A stretch of 64,000 nucleotides of DNA from assembly GCA_023130975.1 (NCBI GenBank), contig JAGMAD010000006.1, positions 23,187 through 87,186 of the forward strand, given 5' to 3'. Made by a program: the position numbers and the translations under genes. The first letter of the stretch is position 1; each line of letters starts with the position of its first letter. Shown here piece by piece: positions 9,372 to 19,425 of the stretch. The stretch comes from Candidatus Parcubacteria bacterium. GTDB lineage: Bacteria > Patescibacteriota > Minisyncoccia > Minisyncoccales > JAGMDC01. Below the pieces are notes generated by a model that worked only from the letters and a program-made list of their open reading frames with translations, did no database searches and was not told the DNA's origin.

Positions 9372-9875
9372 TTACTTTCTATCATATTTCTTTCGTTTAA
9401 AAATTATATAAAATCCTATAAGAACTAAAGCTATTGGCCACAATATATCTCCTCTCAGCAAACGGAAGGGAATGATGTTTTCCAAAAGAAAGACAAAACC
9501 AAGAATGATAATCGTAATCCCGACAATATTTCTTTTTTTGTGGTACCATTTTTTGTCCTTAAATTCTTCTCTAAATTCCTCGGCTAAAGATTCTGCCCTT
9601 TCATTAAGTTCGTGAGCGAATTCCTTAACCCTCTCCTCTGTTTTTACTCCCTTCTCTTTTTCGATAATCTTAACTTTTTCTTGACCTTCTTTTGGAATAA
9701 TAATCATTAAAATTATATAAAGTAAAATACCAACTCCGTGAATTAGAGTCAACAATATAAAAATCGCTCTGACTAAAACAACATCTATGTCAAAGTATTC
9801 GGCAATACCACCGGCAACCCCTGCGATAATACGATCTTTTCTTGAACGATAAACTTTTTTCTTTTGATCTTCCAT
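9372..9875 (-). CDS. PspC domain membrane protein
   Basis: KKVYRSRKDRIIAGVAGGIAEYFDIDVVLVRAIFILL is the PspC motif. ATG 9875 is preferred over the track TTG 9902, which overlaps recQ. Confidence 0.75.
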   Translation of the reverse strand: MEDQKKKVYRSRKDRIIAGVAGGIAEYFDIDVVLVRAIFILLTLIHGVGILLYIILMIIIPKEGQEKVKIIEKEKGVKTEERVKEFAHELNERAESLAEEFREEFKDKKWYHKKRNIVGITIIILGFVFLLENIIPFRLLRGDILWPIALVLIGFYIIFKRKKYDRK

Positions 9876-9880
9876 TTTTT

Positions 9881-11080
9881 TTAATAGGCGCTCTTTAAGC
9901 AAATATCACAAGCGCCGCAATTTTCTTTGGGAAACTTCTCTCCAAAATATCCAAGCAAAAATCTTCGGCGGCAATCTCTGGACTCGCAATATTCTACAAT
10001 CTGATTTATTTTTCCCTGAATATGATTCCGCTCATCAAGATTACTAATCTGCTCAAGAAAATATTCATGCTTCATTTTGTCTCCATAAGAATAAAACAAA
10101 ACGCATTTACTGGGAAGCCCATCTCTTCCGGCCCGGCCAATCTGTTGATAGTATTCTTCAAGTGTCTTTGGAAATGTATAGTGAACAACCAAACGGACAT
10201 TCGGCTTATCAATGCCCATACCAAAGGCAATGGTCGCCACCATAATAGAGGCATTGTCTTGAATAAACATTTCCTGGTTGCGTTTTCGAGTTTCTTTATC
10301 AAGGCCGGCATGATATGGCAGGGCATTAAACCCTTCTATATTTAGATTGGCCGCAATATTCTCTGTGTCTTTTCTGGAAAAGCAATAAACAATTACTGAT
10401 TCGTTTCTGTGTTTTTCAAGGAGTTGAATAAGTTTAGAAAAAGTGCTATTGCCTTTTTTCCTGAAAACAAAAAAACTTAGATTTTTTCTGTCAAAACTGG
10501 AAACAGCTATTTTCGGCTTGTCTAAGGAAAGCTGTTTTATAATATCTTTCTGCACTTCTGGCGTAGCCGTTGCCGTGAGAGCGATAATAGGAACTCCTGA
10601 AAACTGTTTTTTAATAAATTTAAGATTGCGATAATCCGGACGAAAATCATGGCCCCATTCAGAAATACAATGCGCTTCATCAACAGCAATAAGATCCATT
10701 TTCAAGGTTTGTAAAAAACTGCGGAAACTTTTCAATGCTAATCGTTCTGGAGCCGCATAAAGAATTTTAATTTTTTTTTCTAATAACTGCTTTTGAATTT
10801 GAAAAATTTCTTTGGAAGAAAGCGATGAATTAATGTATTCTGCCGCAATACCATTGGACTTCAAAGCATCAACCTGGTCTTTCATCAAGGAAATAAGGGG
10901 AGAAATTACCAATGTCAATCCCTTAAATTTTAGAGCCGGGAATTGATAACAAAGAGATTTCCCTCCTCCTGTTGGTAGAATTATAAACGAATCTTTCCGC
11001 TCCAAGACATTGTTTATAATTTCTTCCTGAAAAGGCCTGAATTGCTCGTGACCAAAATATCTCTTTAATAATTTTTTCAT
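9881..11080 (-). CDS. recQ: ATP-dependent DNA helicase RecQ (short form, no HRDC)
   Basis: 399 aa; motif [15 protein letters not shown] box [19 protein letters not shown]-terminal Zn-binding Cys cluster. Confidence 0.88.
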   Translation of the reverse strand: MKKLLKRYFGHEQFRPFQEEIINNVLERKDSFIILPTGGGKSLCYQFPALKFKGLTLVISPLISLMKDQVDALKSNGIAAEYINSSLSSKEIFQIQKQLLEKKIKILYAAPERLALKSFRSFLQTLKMDLIAVDEAHCISEWGHDFRPDYRNLKFIKKQFSGVPIIALTATATPEVQKDIIKQLSLDKPKIAVSSFDRKNLSFFVFRKKGNSTFSKLIQLLEKHRNESVIVYCFSRKDTENIAANLNIEGFNALPYHAGLDKETRKRNQEMFIQDNASIMVATIAFGMGIDKPNVRLVVHYTFPKTLEEYYQQIGRAGRDGLPSKCVLFYSYGDKMKHEYFLEQISNLDERNHIQGKINQIVEYCESRDCRRRFLLGYFGEKFPKENCGACDICLKSAY

Positions 11081-11081
11081 T

Positions 11082-13838
11082 CTACTTTGCGCTCTCTAAT
11101 ATCTCACCGAGTTTTTTCATTTGTTCACCGTACAAAGCCCAATTGCCGCTCCGTTGAGCCTGCATAGCGCGGTTAAAATAATCTTTGGCCTGCTGGATCA
11201 AATCCAGACCCACAGAAGGTTTTACTGGGGCTAATTTAACTGCTTCCTGGTCAGCAGAAATTGCGCCGCCAAACACGTCGGCTAAGGCAAGATCCAAACT
11301 CTCTTCCATAGCAATGCGGTTTTCGTGAGCAACAATTACTCTTTTTAATTCTGGTATCTTGCCGCCTTCAGCCCGCAGGTAAATCGGCTGAACGTAAATA
11401 AGCGATTCTTCAATCGGAATAACAAGCAGATTGCCTTTGATAACTTCAGAACCCCTCTGGTCCCAAAGGGAAATTTGGCGTGAAATATCCGCGTCTTGGT
11501 TAATGCGGTTGGTAATCTGCCTTGGACCAAAGACCAGTTTTTGTTTGGGAAAACGGTAAACCACCAACTGACCGTAAAATTCTTTGTCATTGCGCGCTAC
11601 CATCCAGGCCGAGAGATTGTCTTTACCGCGCGGGGTAAAAGGAATCATTAAGATGAACTCTTCCTGCTCTTCGCCAGGCAGTTTCATAATCATATGTCTC
11701 ATCATTGGATCAGCCTGCGTTCCTTCTGCAATAATCGGAATCTGCCACTGATCTTCTTTGTTATAAAAAATCTGCGCCTTATCCATATGATAAATCGTGT
11801 AAAGTCCGGTCTGATAGGCGAATAAATCCTCTGGATATCTGATGTGAGTTCTCAAATCATTACTGAGCTCATCAAGCGGCAAAAACGAATCTTTAAAAAT
11901 CTTGGCATAGGTTTTAATAACCGGATCGTCTTTGTCCGCGATATAAAACGTCATTCTGCCGTCATAAGCGTCAATCACCACTTTAACTGAATTTCTGATA
12001 TAATTGATGTTTTTCCCGGGAAAAGAACTAAATACGTCTTTGACCAGTTCGGCATAAGGATAACGATCCGAAGTGACATAGGCGTCATAAATCCATTTCA
12101 ATTTGCCTTCTTTGGTAACGACTATATAAGGATCGTGGTCCAGGCTCAGGAAAGGCAGAACCCGTCTAACTCTTTCCTCTATATTACGGTAATACATTAT
12201 TCTTGAATCTTCAGTGATATCGTTGGATAAAAGAATTTTCAGAGACCTAAATTTTAGGGCAAACAGCGCTTTGCGGAAAATTGATTCAATTTTTACGCCG
12301 CCTTCTCCTTCATATTCTGTAAAGACATTTTCCTCGCCCGAGGGGTAATTAAACTCTTTTGCTTTGGTGTTGACCACCACCCAGTCGTTGGTCAGCTCTC
12401 CATAATATATTTCCGGTCGGCTCACTGCAAGCGATTCTATGTCAGAGGAAGGTGGCAAATCTTTCAAAAACAGCACGGGCAAACCCGCCGGGGTTACCTC
12501 ATTAACCGGGCTTAAAGTAAGTCCAAAGCCGTGAGTAAAAGTTAGGCGCTCGTTGATAAAAGTACGTTGAGGCAGGCTTGTGGAATTAAGCTCCCTGGGA
12601 GAGAGTAAAACTTGGCGAAAATCGCCGTTTAACTGATAGCGGTCATTGTCAATGGAAACAAAATCATAGTAGGTGCGGATTTCCTGAAGCTGGCCAAAAG
12701 TATCAAGCAAGGGCTCGCGGTCCCAAAGCCTCACATTTTTAATAGTGGAACGATTGTTGTTAATATCATCTATGGTAAGCAAGGCCTCGCCGGTTAAATC
12801 GCGCTCTGTTACCGTATCCAGGATAAAAGCTTTTTGCGTGGCCTCAATATTGTGTTTAATGTAAGGAGTTTCTTTAACCAGCTCGTTTGGTAAAACCACA
12901 AATCTCTGTAGAATTACTGGATACACCCAGCCGCCCAAAATTAAAGTTACGACATAAATACTAACAGCTAAAACAATAAAGCGGTTGCCCTGTTTAAAAA
13001 TATTGAGCACAGCTAGTACAGCAGCGATTGCGGCAACAAAAACGAGTATTTTCAAAAACGGCAAAACAGCATGGATGTCAGTAAAGCTGGCGCCGATAAA
13101 CGGTCCGGTAGAGCTATAAAGCAAAGAGGGTATTTTGACAGCATAAATTTTAAAACTTGTTAAAATAAACAAAAGAGCAACCAGGATTGATAAATGAACC
13201 TTGGCGGTTTTTTCTATAAATAAAAATTCCAGCGCTCCCGCAATGCCTGGTACTGACTCTCTAAGGGTAATAGCGCCCCGCAAAAAGTAAATAACAGCCG
13301 CGCCGATTAGGGACACGCCAATAATCCAAAACCCCAGCCCGAGCAAAAATTGAATAAACGGCAACTCAAAGAAATAAAAAGCAATATCGCGGCCAAATAT
13401 CGGATCAAACGCATTAAAAGGCACTGCGTTAAAATGCTTAAGCACTATTTCCCATTTGCCTGCCCCGACCAGACCGGTCAAAAGTCCGAATAACAGCGAA
13501 ACCGGCAAAATGAATTTATCAATATATTTTTCTAAATTTAATTCTCTAATCTGGCCGACTCCGCCCTGCATGCCTTGATGCGAACGGATAACGAATGGCC
13601 TTGACACAACAAGCCGCTTAACTAACCAAAGATTGCCGTAGATAATAAAAAAGCTCAAAATGCCTATTCCCAATCCCAAAAAAATCTTGGCTCCGAGAAT
13701 GGTGGTAAAAATATTACTAAAGCCAATTTCCTCAAACCAGTACCAGTCAGTCAGCAGCCGAAAAATGCTGGGTACTATAAAAATAGCCAGCAATATTAAG
13801 CCGTAAATAATGTAAGAAATAATATGTTTTGAAATCAT
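11082..13838 (-). CDS. UPF0182 family membrane protein
   Basis: 918 aa with about 7 N-terminal TM helices and a large soluble domain. Recalled family strings: [31 protein letters not shown]. Confidence 0.75.
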   Translation of the reverse strand: MISKHIISYIIYGLILLAIFIVPSIFRLLTDWYWFEEIGFSNIFTTILGAKIFLGLGIGILSFFIIYGNLWLVKRLVVSRPFVIRSHQGMQGGVGQIRELNLEKYIDKFILPVSLLFGLLTGLVGAGKWEIVLKHFNAVPFNAFDPIFGRDIAFYFFELPFIQFLLGLGFWIIGVSLIGAAVIYFLRGAITLRESVPGIAGALEFLFIEKTAKVHLSILVALLFILTSFKIYAVKIPSLLYSSTGPFIGASFTDIHAVLPFLKILVFVAAIAAVLAVLNIFKQGNRFIVLAVSIYVVTLILGGWVYPVILQRFVVLPNELVKETPYIKHNIEATQKAFILDTVTERDLTGEALLTIDDINNNRSTIKNVRLWDREPLLDTFGQLQEIRTYYDFVSIDNDRYQLNGDFRQVLLSPRELNSTSLPQRTFINERLTFTHGFGLTLSPVNEVTPAGLPVLFLKDLPPSSDIESLAVSRPEIYYGELTNDWVVVNTKAKEFNYPSGEENVFTEYEGEGGVKIESIFRKALFALKFRSLKILLSNDITEDSRIMYYRNIEERVRRVLPFLSLDHDPYIVVTKEGKLKWIYDAYVTSDRYPYAELVKDVFSSFPGKNINYIRNSVKVVIDAYDGRMTFYIADKDDPVIKTYAKIFKDSFLPLDELSNDLRTHIRYPEDLFAYQTGLYTIYHMDKAQIFYNKEDQWQIPIIAEGTQADPMMRHMIMKLPGEEQEEFILMIPFTPRGKDNLSAWMVARNDKEFYGQLVVYRFPKQKLVFGPRQITNRINQDADISRQISLWDQRGSEVIKGNLLVIPIEESLIYVQPIYLRAEGGKIPELKRVIVAHENRIAMEESLDLALADVFGGAISADQEAVKLAPVKPSVGLDLIQQAKDYFNRAMQAQRSGNWALYGEQMKKLGEILESAK

Positions 13839-13862
13839 AATCTATGTGCTTGCTCTACTATA

Positions 13863-13891
13863 ATAATATGCTGCATTACCGCATTTGTCAA
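13863..13891 (-). promoter_or_regulatory. sigma70-like promoter TTGACA-N17-TATTAT for UPF0182 gene
   Basis: Minus reading TTGACAaatgcggtaatgcagcaTATTAT, about 25 nt upstream of the start. Confidence 0.45.
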
Positions 13892-13911
13892 AATGTCCAT
13901 ATTTTCCCTTA

Positions 13912-14502
13912 TCAAAAATTTAATTTTTCTTTGGTGTAAAACAGCAAAGAAGTGATTATTAAAGAAAGGGCTGCTCCGGCTATGGCATCTTGAGGAAAAT
14001 GATAACCGGAATAAATTACAAAAAAGCCCACTAAAAAAGCAAGAACCAAAAGCGGCAAACCAAGTTTAGGTTTGATTATAAAAATTGGCAAAGAAAGCCC
14101 GAAAGCCAACATAGTAGTAGTAGAAGGAAAAGAAAAACTTCCTACTGCCCAGTTTCCTGCTAAATTCACCTCAGTTAAAACTTGGGCTGGCCTCGGCGAA
14201 AATTTAATCATCTCCCCTATTAAATAACAAAGAAATCCTGTGAATAAAGCAAGTCCTCCTAATAATCTATAATTTTTAAACAGAAGTATTACCAAAGGTA
14301 TAATCCCAATCAAAAGAAACAAAGGAACGAAAATATGAAGAAAAGCAAAATCCAAAGCAGAATGAGAAAGATTTTTATTAATCAATAAAAAAACCCTGGT
14401 ATCCCCAACCAAAAAATCCACTAAAAACAGAAAAACCAAGAGCAAAAATACTGCCCTAAAAGATTTATTAAAGAATTTATTTAAAAACAACTTACTTTTC
14501 AT
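13912..14502 (-). CDS. PAP2 superfamily phosphatase (membrane)
   Basis: 196 aa, polytopic; SFPSTTT and SGYHFPQDAIAG resemble PAP2 motifs 2 and 3. Confidence 0.55.
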   Translation of the reverse strand: MKSKLFLNKFFNKSFRAVFLLLVFLFLVDFLVGDTRVFLLINKNLSHSALDFAFLHIFVPLFLLIGIIPLVILLFKNYRLLGGLALFTGFLCYLIGEMIKFSPRPAQVLTEVNLAGNWAVGSFSFPSTTTMLAFGLSLPIFIIKPKLGLPLLVLAFLVGFFVIYSGYHFPQDAIAGAALSLIITSLLFYTKEKLNF

Positions 14503-14575
14503 TGTCCGTGTTGATGTATGTCGGTGTTGATGTCAGATATCAACACATATATCAATTTTTTCTATTTTTCCTTAT

Positions 14576-14854
14576 TTACTCTATTCCTACTAATTTTAGT
14601 TCATCTCCATCTTTCAAAACATCATACTCTGTGGGTTTCTTTCCATTTAATAAAAATCCTAATTTGCCCGGTGAGAATTTTTTTGTGATTTCCGGATAAG
14701 AAGAAAAAAGGAAATACAAGGATTGAGCAAAACCTAATCCTTCAGAAACCATTATTTCTTCAAAATCTTTTCCAGTAATTTTTTTCAAATTTTCGTTATA
14801 GAAAACCTTAATTTTAATCGGCTTCAAAACATTTTCCATAATTTTAATTTTCAA
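14576..14854 (-). CDS. beta-grasp (MoaD/ThiS-like) small protein without C-terminal GG
   Basis: 92 aa (TTG start; ATG at 14839 is an alternative); LNGKKPTEYDVLKDGDELKLVGIE resembles the ThiS/MoaD C-terminus but ends in IE. Confidence 0.4.
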   Translation of the reverse strand: MKIKIMENVLKPIKIKVFYNENLKKITGKDFEEIMVSEGLGFAQSLYFLFSSYPEITKKFSPGKLGFLLNGKKPTEYDVLKDGDELKLVGIE

Positions 14855-14862
14855 AAAATAAT

Positions 14863-14911
14863 ACTACGAGAAAACATTACGAGAAATGTTCTCGTGGTGT
14901 TTTTTCGTAGT
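14863..14911 (-). terminator. nested hairpin terminator after the MazF-like gene
   Basis: Outer ACTACGAGAAAACA/TGTTTTTTCGTAGT, inner ACGAGAA-atg-TTCTCGT; T-run follows on the minus strand. Confidence 0.6.
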
Positions 14912-14957
14912 GACTCTTCGTTATAAATATTGCGGATTTCATCAAGATTTATATTTA

Positions 14958-15293
14958 TTATAAGTCGAAATGAATTCTTAAATAATCTTTAACTTGCTCT
15001 GTTATATTTTTCTTTACAGCCCCAATTCGTTTAATAAAACGAGATTCATCAAAAGACTGAATATGATAAACCTTTAATATTGAATCACAAAACAATCTAT
15101 TCTGGCCATCTCTGGCCACTAAAATATCATCTCGAATTTTATTATTTGAATTTGAGGTAAGCGGAATTATCGTAAAAACAGAACTCTGTTTAATTTGAGA
15201 GTCGGTCTCAATAATTAAAGCCGGCCGCTCTTTTTTATATTCGTGGCCGACTGAATTCAAAAATTTGACTAGCCAAATCTCGCCTTGCTTCAT
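14958..15293 (-). CDS. MazF/PemK family endoribonuclease toxin
   Basis: 111 aa; GEIWLVKF..GHEYKKERPALII..IIPLTS pattern of PemK/MazF; 4-nt ATGA overlap with the upstream gene. Confidence 0.85.
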   Translation of the reverse strand: MKQGEIWLVKFLNSVGHEYKKERPALIIETDSQIKQSSVFTIIPLTSNSNNKIRDDILVARDGQNRLFCDSILKVYHIQSFDESRFIKRIGAVKKNITEQVKDYLRIHFDL

Positions 15294-16144
15294 AGGTTCT
15301 TATAATAATTATGTTCTTTATCCGGCATCTCGCCTAAACTTTTAAGCGTGTCTCCGGCCGCCGCATCTTGCCATACTTGTTCGTAATCACATTGAGCATA
15401 AGGCAATTTACGAAAAACCACTAAACCATAAGGAATAATTTCATTATCTTTAGTCGAGCTCCACGGTGCATCTCCATGAACATATTCTTCAATTTGCCTA
15501 GCACCCATATCTGACAAACGAGTAAGTACTTTATCAACTAACTCTTTCTCTTTTACTGAAAAATTATCCATTTTATAATCCTTTAGAGCTATATATCTTT
15601 TTTGAGTCATTCCGTAATAATCTTGATTAAAAACTTTTATTTCTTGATCATCCCTCATATCTTGAATAACTGGCTGATATTGTTTTAATTGTGGTATAGA
15701 TCCGAATTTCTGATGAATATAATTCATTCCCGTTACCGGCTTTCCTAAAGCCTCATAAGCATCGAAGTCAATAAAATATAAAAGCTTATATAAAACTGTC
15801 TCACCAAAATTCGGCTTACCACCGCACTTTGACAAAATATATAAAATAAGTTCACGCAACTTCTCAGATTCAAATTTTATACCCTTATTTGCGTTTACTA
15901 TATATTTACTCTTAGCGAGATCTTTAATTTCTACTCTTTTATTCTGAAGTAACTCGTCAGTGCTTAATTTGAACACCTTCGCCATCTTGGCCAATTCCAA
16001 AGCATTAAGGCTACGATTACCCCTTTCAATCTCTGACAATGCCGCACGTGAAATACCAATAAATTTTGCTAATTCTTCTTGACTTAGTTCTCGTTCATCA
16101 CGCAACTTTTTAATTTTTTGACCTAATTGTTTTTGTGTAAGCAT
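15290..16144 (-). CDS. antitoxin: XRE-type HTH fused to Panacea (DUF4065/SocA-like) domain
   Basis: 284 aa; N-terminus LSQEELAKFIGISRAALSEIERGNR (HTH_3); C-terminus GETVLYKLLYFIDFDAYEALGKPVTGMNYIHQKFGSIP typical of DUF4065. Confidence 0.8.
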   Translation of the reverse strand: MLTQKQLGQKIKKLRDERELSQEELAKFIGISRAALSEIERGNRSLNALELAKMAKVFKLSTDELLQNKRVEIKDLAKSKYIVNANKGIKFESEKLRELILYILSKCGGKPNFGETVLYKLLYFIDFDAYEALGKPVTGMNYIHQKFGSIPQLKQYQPVIQDMRDDQEIKVFNQDYYGMTQKRYIALKDYKMDNFSVKEKELVDKVLTRLSDMGARQIEEYVHGDAPWSSTKDNEIIPYGLVVFRKLPYAQCDYEQVWQDAAAGDTLKSLGEMPDKEHNYYKNL

Positions 16145-16178
16145 AATTTTATTGATTTAAGTTATCCACACTACCTTT

Positions 16179-16208
16179 AGTATAACGCATTGATAGATTT
16201 ACTGTCAA
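16179..16208 (-). promoter_or_regulatory. TTGACA-N18-TATACT promoter of the toxin-antitoxin operon
   Basis: Read on the minus strand; back-to-back with the + promoter at 16225. Confidence 0.5.
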
Positions 16209-16224
16209 TACCCTGCTGGATTTC

Positions 16225-16253
16225 TTGACAACAAAAGGGCGATGTTATAAAAT
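16225..16253 (+). promoter_or_regulatory. TTGACA-N17-TAAAAT promoter
   Basis: The TTG start of track ORF 16225..16608 is the -35 hexamer itself. Confidence 0.5.
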
Positions 16254-16401
16254 AAAAGACGAATATCCAAAAATAATGCGGGGCTTAGTCGAACCCCGTA
16301 TGAGAATGTATCAGGTCGATATCCTGAACAGATTAACCCTATATTTACAGGATAGCACATTTTCAGTTTTTGGAGAAATAATTAATATTGATAAAACTAT
16401 T

Positions 16402-16608
16402 ATGGTTAAATATTATGTTAATATGAACGCTCAATCAAACGGCGACCATGAAGTGCACAAGTTTGGGTGCTCATATATGCCTGATTCTGAAAACAGGAAA
16501 TACCTTGGTGAGTTCACAACATGTCACGGTGCAGTCAGAGAAGCAAAGAAGTGCTACTCACAATCGAATGGGTGCTACTACTGCTCTAATGCGTGTCATA
16601 CACAATAA
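16402..16608 (+). CDS. small Cys/His-rich hypothetical protein
   Basis: MVKYYVNMNAQSNGDHEVHKFGCSYMP..CHGAVREAKKCY..NGCYYCSNACH. The conserved-looking part starts at ATG 16402, and a strong terminator follows. Confidence 0.55.
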   Translation: MVKYYVNMNAQSNGDHEVHKFGCSYMPDSENRKYLGEFTTCHGAVREAKKCYSQSNGCYYCSNACHTQ

Positions 16609-16621
16609 TAGATGAAAATTT

Positions 16622-16662
16622 GACCCCCTGTCATGCTTTGCACGACAGGGGGTCTTTCATTT
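16622..16662 (+). terminator. intrinsic terminator
   Basis: 11-bp perfect stem GACCCCCTGTC/GACAGGGGGTC followed by TTTCATTT. Confidence 0.8.
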
Positions 16663-16839
16663 ATGGCTAATATCTACTCCCAAAACCTCTCCAATTTCAT
16701 CTTTAATTCGCCACCAAAGAAACTTCAACTGATTGTTAAACACCTTATCTTTTTCTTATTCTCTCCGCTCTCATGCTATAAGCCACATCTCAAGCATTAC
16801 TTAGCTAAGCAATGCCTATCAACTTTTACAGAAACCTTT

Positions 16840-17073
16840 TTAGCGTTTCTCCAACCATTCTTCAAAATTACCAATTTTATAACCGAGTTTATATGCCTTT
16901 TCTCTTAATTCAGGTAATGACTTTATTTCCTTACCCATTTCAAAAACCTTCTTTTCTGCCTGAACATAATTATATATAAACAATATATTATCCTCTAATG
17001 AAGTATCTTTATTTTCTTTCAAGGCTCTTTCTATTTTTTTGATTTCTTCTTCGTACATAATTTTATTTCTCAA
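16840..17073 (-). CDS. small helical hypothetical protein
   Basis: 77 aa (TTG start; ATG at 17058 gives 72 aa); charged, coiled-coil-like. Confidence 0.45.
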   Translation of the reverse strand: MRNKIMYEEEIKKIERALKENKDTSLEDNILFIYNYVQAEKKVFEMGKEIKSLPELREKAYKLGYKIGNFEEWLEKR

Positions 17074-17274
17074 TTAATTCCTTGCCCCCGTAGTGAGATA
17101 TAATTTCTACTACTGGGATTCAACTTTTTATTTGGCTTGTTGTAATAATACTTTTACTTTACTATGGAAGTTCAACTTCAATAGACTTCAATTCCGGTAA
17201 GTCTTTTGGTTTTCCTAAGAATATTTACAATTTTTACGATTAACATCAAAAAAAATGAAGTCGTAGAATCAACT

Positions 17275-18786
17275 TTATTTCCCTTTTTTCTTTTTACCCA
17301 TCATTTCTTTTGCTTCATTAACGTGTTCACAAATTTTTCCAAAAAAATGATCAAATTCTTCCAAATATTTTTGTGGAGTTAAAGTAGCATCTTCTATGGG
17401 AACAGTCTGTAAGGCCGCTGTTTCTAATAAATAAAAAGGGTTCCCCTTGGATTCTTTGTATCCGGGAAACATATTATTGATCACCAAAATTTTCCCCTTT
17501 TCCTCCTCTTTCTCCCCCTTGGTTTCTTCAATCTTGCTCCTTATAGTTTCTTCCATGGATCTAATCTCCCAATCCATAAATTTCTTTAATCTCTTCCGAA
17601 TACCTATTTTGTCCGGAGGAGGTGATGTCCTTGGTTGGTACTTTTTTCTCTTTTGTATTTCATCACGATGTTTCGCAAGGGTTGTCTCTCGAGACTCAGG
17701 AGATTTTTGTCCATAATCATATTCTTGCGAGACAGAAATATTATCTTGATTTTCTTTGTGAATCAATTTTAAAACTACCTGAAACAAATCTCTTGCTTTT
17801 TTCACTCTTTCAATATCTTCTCCGGTAGGTTCTTCCACCTTCCTGCCTAGTAATTCGTCAACATGTGATTTCAAGATAGAAAACATTTTATCTTCTACGG
17901 TCATCCATTCTTCGGTATCTCTTTTGAAATCCGTTTTGTTTGTATTCACAGGAACAAAATCCAAAAACATCTCGCCGAAAAGAAAGTTTAAAGTTGCCTT
18001 ATAAGATGGATCAGGATGCCTAAAAAATTCTCTATCGCAAATTAATCTTCCCTTATAATAACATCTTATACCGCCTTTTAATCCCGATCGAGGTAGTAAT
18101 CGTCCAATCCAACCCTTTGTATGCTTGCTTTTTGAAATACCGAAATCGACTCGCTCTATTGTGAAATCTTCATCTAGCGGAAATGGCGTCACATTTATTT
18201 TTTGTTCATCAATTATTAATTCAACTTCTTTATTTTCTATTAATGGCCGGTAAGCACTAATCAAAATTTCTTTAAGTTTTCTTTTAAAATTATCAGTGAT
18301 ATTAAACCTTAAATTTTCTATCTCTATTTTCGTATATCCTCTCTCTGATGCGGCGGGTAGGGGCATAACTCGATACTTCTTCAATCGACTAGTGTCCGTT
18401 AAATTATAATCTTCAATCCTATAAGCCTCATTTCCCCCTACGGGAGAAGTGGTCAGAATAAAAGATCGACCCAAATATCCAATGGCTGATTTTCCACCTT
18501 GGCCGTATAAACCAACATCATAATCATTTCTTGACCTTATGCCACCCCAATTAAAGAAAAACTTCAAATCTTTTATATTCATTCCCTCTCCACCGATATC
18601 CTGAATTTCTATCTTTTTCGGTTTTTGTATAAAGAAAATTTTAACTTGCATTTTCTTCCCAGGGATTCTATGACTTATAGAATTATCAATGATTTCTTGG
18701 ATAGCTTCATATGCATTACTAAAATTACTGTACAAGGCGGTTTTAATATTAGGATTTAATTGCTCTTGTATTAATATATCTTTCAT
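17275..18786 (-). CDS. GHKL (HATPase_c_3, MORC-like) ATPase with Lys/Glu-rich C-terminal region
   Basis: 503 aa; N-box EIIDNSISH, G1 IQDIGGEGM, G2 GLYGQGGKSAIGYLG; middle GWIGRL..GGIRCYYKGRLI resembles MORC transducer regions. Confidence 0.75.
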   Translation of the reverse strand: MKDILIQEQLNPNIKTALYSNFSNAYEAIQEIIDNSISHRIPGKKMQVKIFFIQKPKKIEIQDIGGEGMNIKDLKFFFNWGGIRSRNDYDVGLYGQGGKSAIGYLGRSFILTTSPVGGNEAYRIEDYNLTDTSRLKKYRVMPLPAASERGYTKIEIENLRFNITDNFKRKLKEILISAYRPLIENKEVELIIDEQKINVTPFPLDEDFTIERVDFGISKSKHTKGWIGRLLPRSGLKGGIRCYYKGRLICDREFFRHPDPSYKATLNFLFGEMFLDFVPVNTNKTDFKRDTEEWMTVEDKMFSILKSHVDELLGRKVEEPTGEDIERVKKARDLFQVVLKLIHKENQDNISVSQEYDYGQKSPESRETTLAKHRDEIQKRKKYQPRTSPPPDKIGIRKRLKKFMDWEIRSMEETIRSKIEETKGEKEEEKGKILVINNMFPGYKESKGNPFYLLETAALQTVPIEDATLTPQKYLEEFDHFFGKICEHVNEAKEMMGKKKKGK

Positions 18787-18791
18787 AATAC

Positions 18792-19019
18792 TTATAATTT
18801 AAACTCTTTTTCTTTTGGAAAATGGAATTTAGATTTTGTTTCTTTGACCTTTTGATTAATGACATTAAAAATTTTATCTATATCCTCCCTATTGTAATTA
18901 TAAACACCCCTGTTGGCACAGTTTCCTAGGACTCTTAATCTTTTTAATATTTCGTTTGTCCTATAGCTTGCTAATCTTTTAAATCTTTCTCTTTTTTCGG
19001 TTAAATCTACTTGAGTCAT
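18792..19019 (-). CDS. small helical protein, first gene of the GHKL operon
   Basis: 75 aa; its stop lies 5 nt before the GHKL start; no family recognised. Confidence 0.5.
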   Translation of the reverse strand: MTQVDLTEKRERFKRLASYRTNEILKRLRVLGNCANRGVYNYNREDIDKIFNVINQKVKETKSKFHFPKEKEFKL

Positions 19020-19425
19020 ATTTTTTTGTTGAGTTAATGAATATTTTGTACGACCTTATGTAGGCAGTATAGCAAACCCGTCACATCTTGTCAAGAGTTT
19101 CTGCTATAATTGCTCTATTTTTGTAATATATCATACTATTCAAAATAAAGCAAGCATTTCAGCTATGAATAACACAAGGAAGCATAAGTTCTGTTGCGTG
19201 TAGAAAGACGAGCCGAGTATAACGCTTTTTTATCTTAATTTCAAGCCAAAATTAAAAAAACGGAACCGATGAAATTCCGCTTGTTTCAAATATAGTGTAG
19301 ATTTTGTCTTTGAGTGAAATTCAGGTATAATACACAAAGATGAAATTTACTCATATCTACCAAAAGTAGAATTACTTCCCGGAAGCTAAATCTGTTCTGT
19401 TATAAGGATAGGACTTTCAAGGTCA

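Noticed and set aside
14576-14854. ThiS/MoaD sulfur-carrier or ubiquitin-like conjugation system
   Set aside because: The protein lacks the C-terminal Gly-Gly, and no E1-like, ThiF/MoeB or JAMM genes are nearby. Only the beta-grasp resemblance was kept
16311-16356. Mutually exclusive helices (TCAGG/CCTGA versus GATATCCTG/CAGGATAGC) in the leader of 16402..16608 as a riboswitch
   Set aside because: The helices are short with a mismatch, no known aptamer features are present, and no conservation data are available. The evidence is too weak to report
16225-16401. N-terminal 59 codons of track ORF 16225..16608 (and likewise 23806..24003, 24207..24236, 8162..8221)
   Set aside because: The TTG start is the -35 hexamer of a TTGACA-N17-TAAAAT promoter. 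The extensions cross hairpins and repeats and lack protein-like composition, so internal ATG starts were preferred
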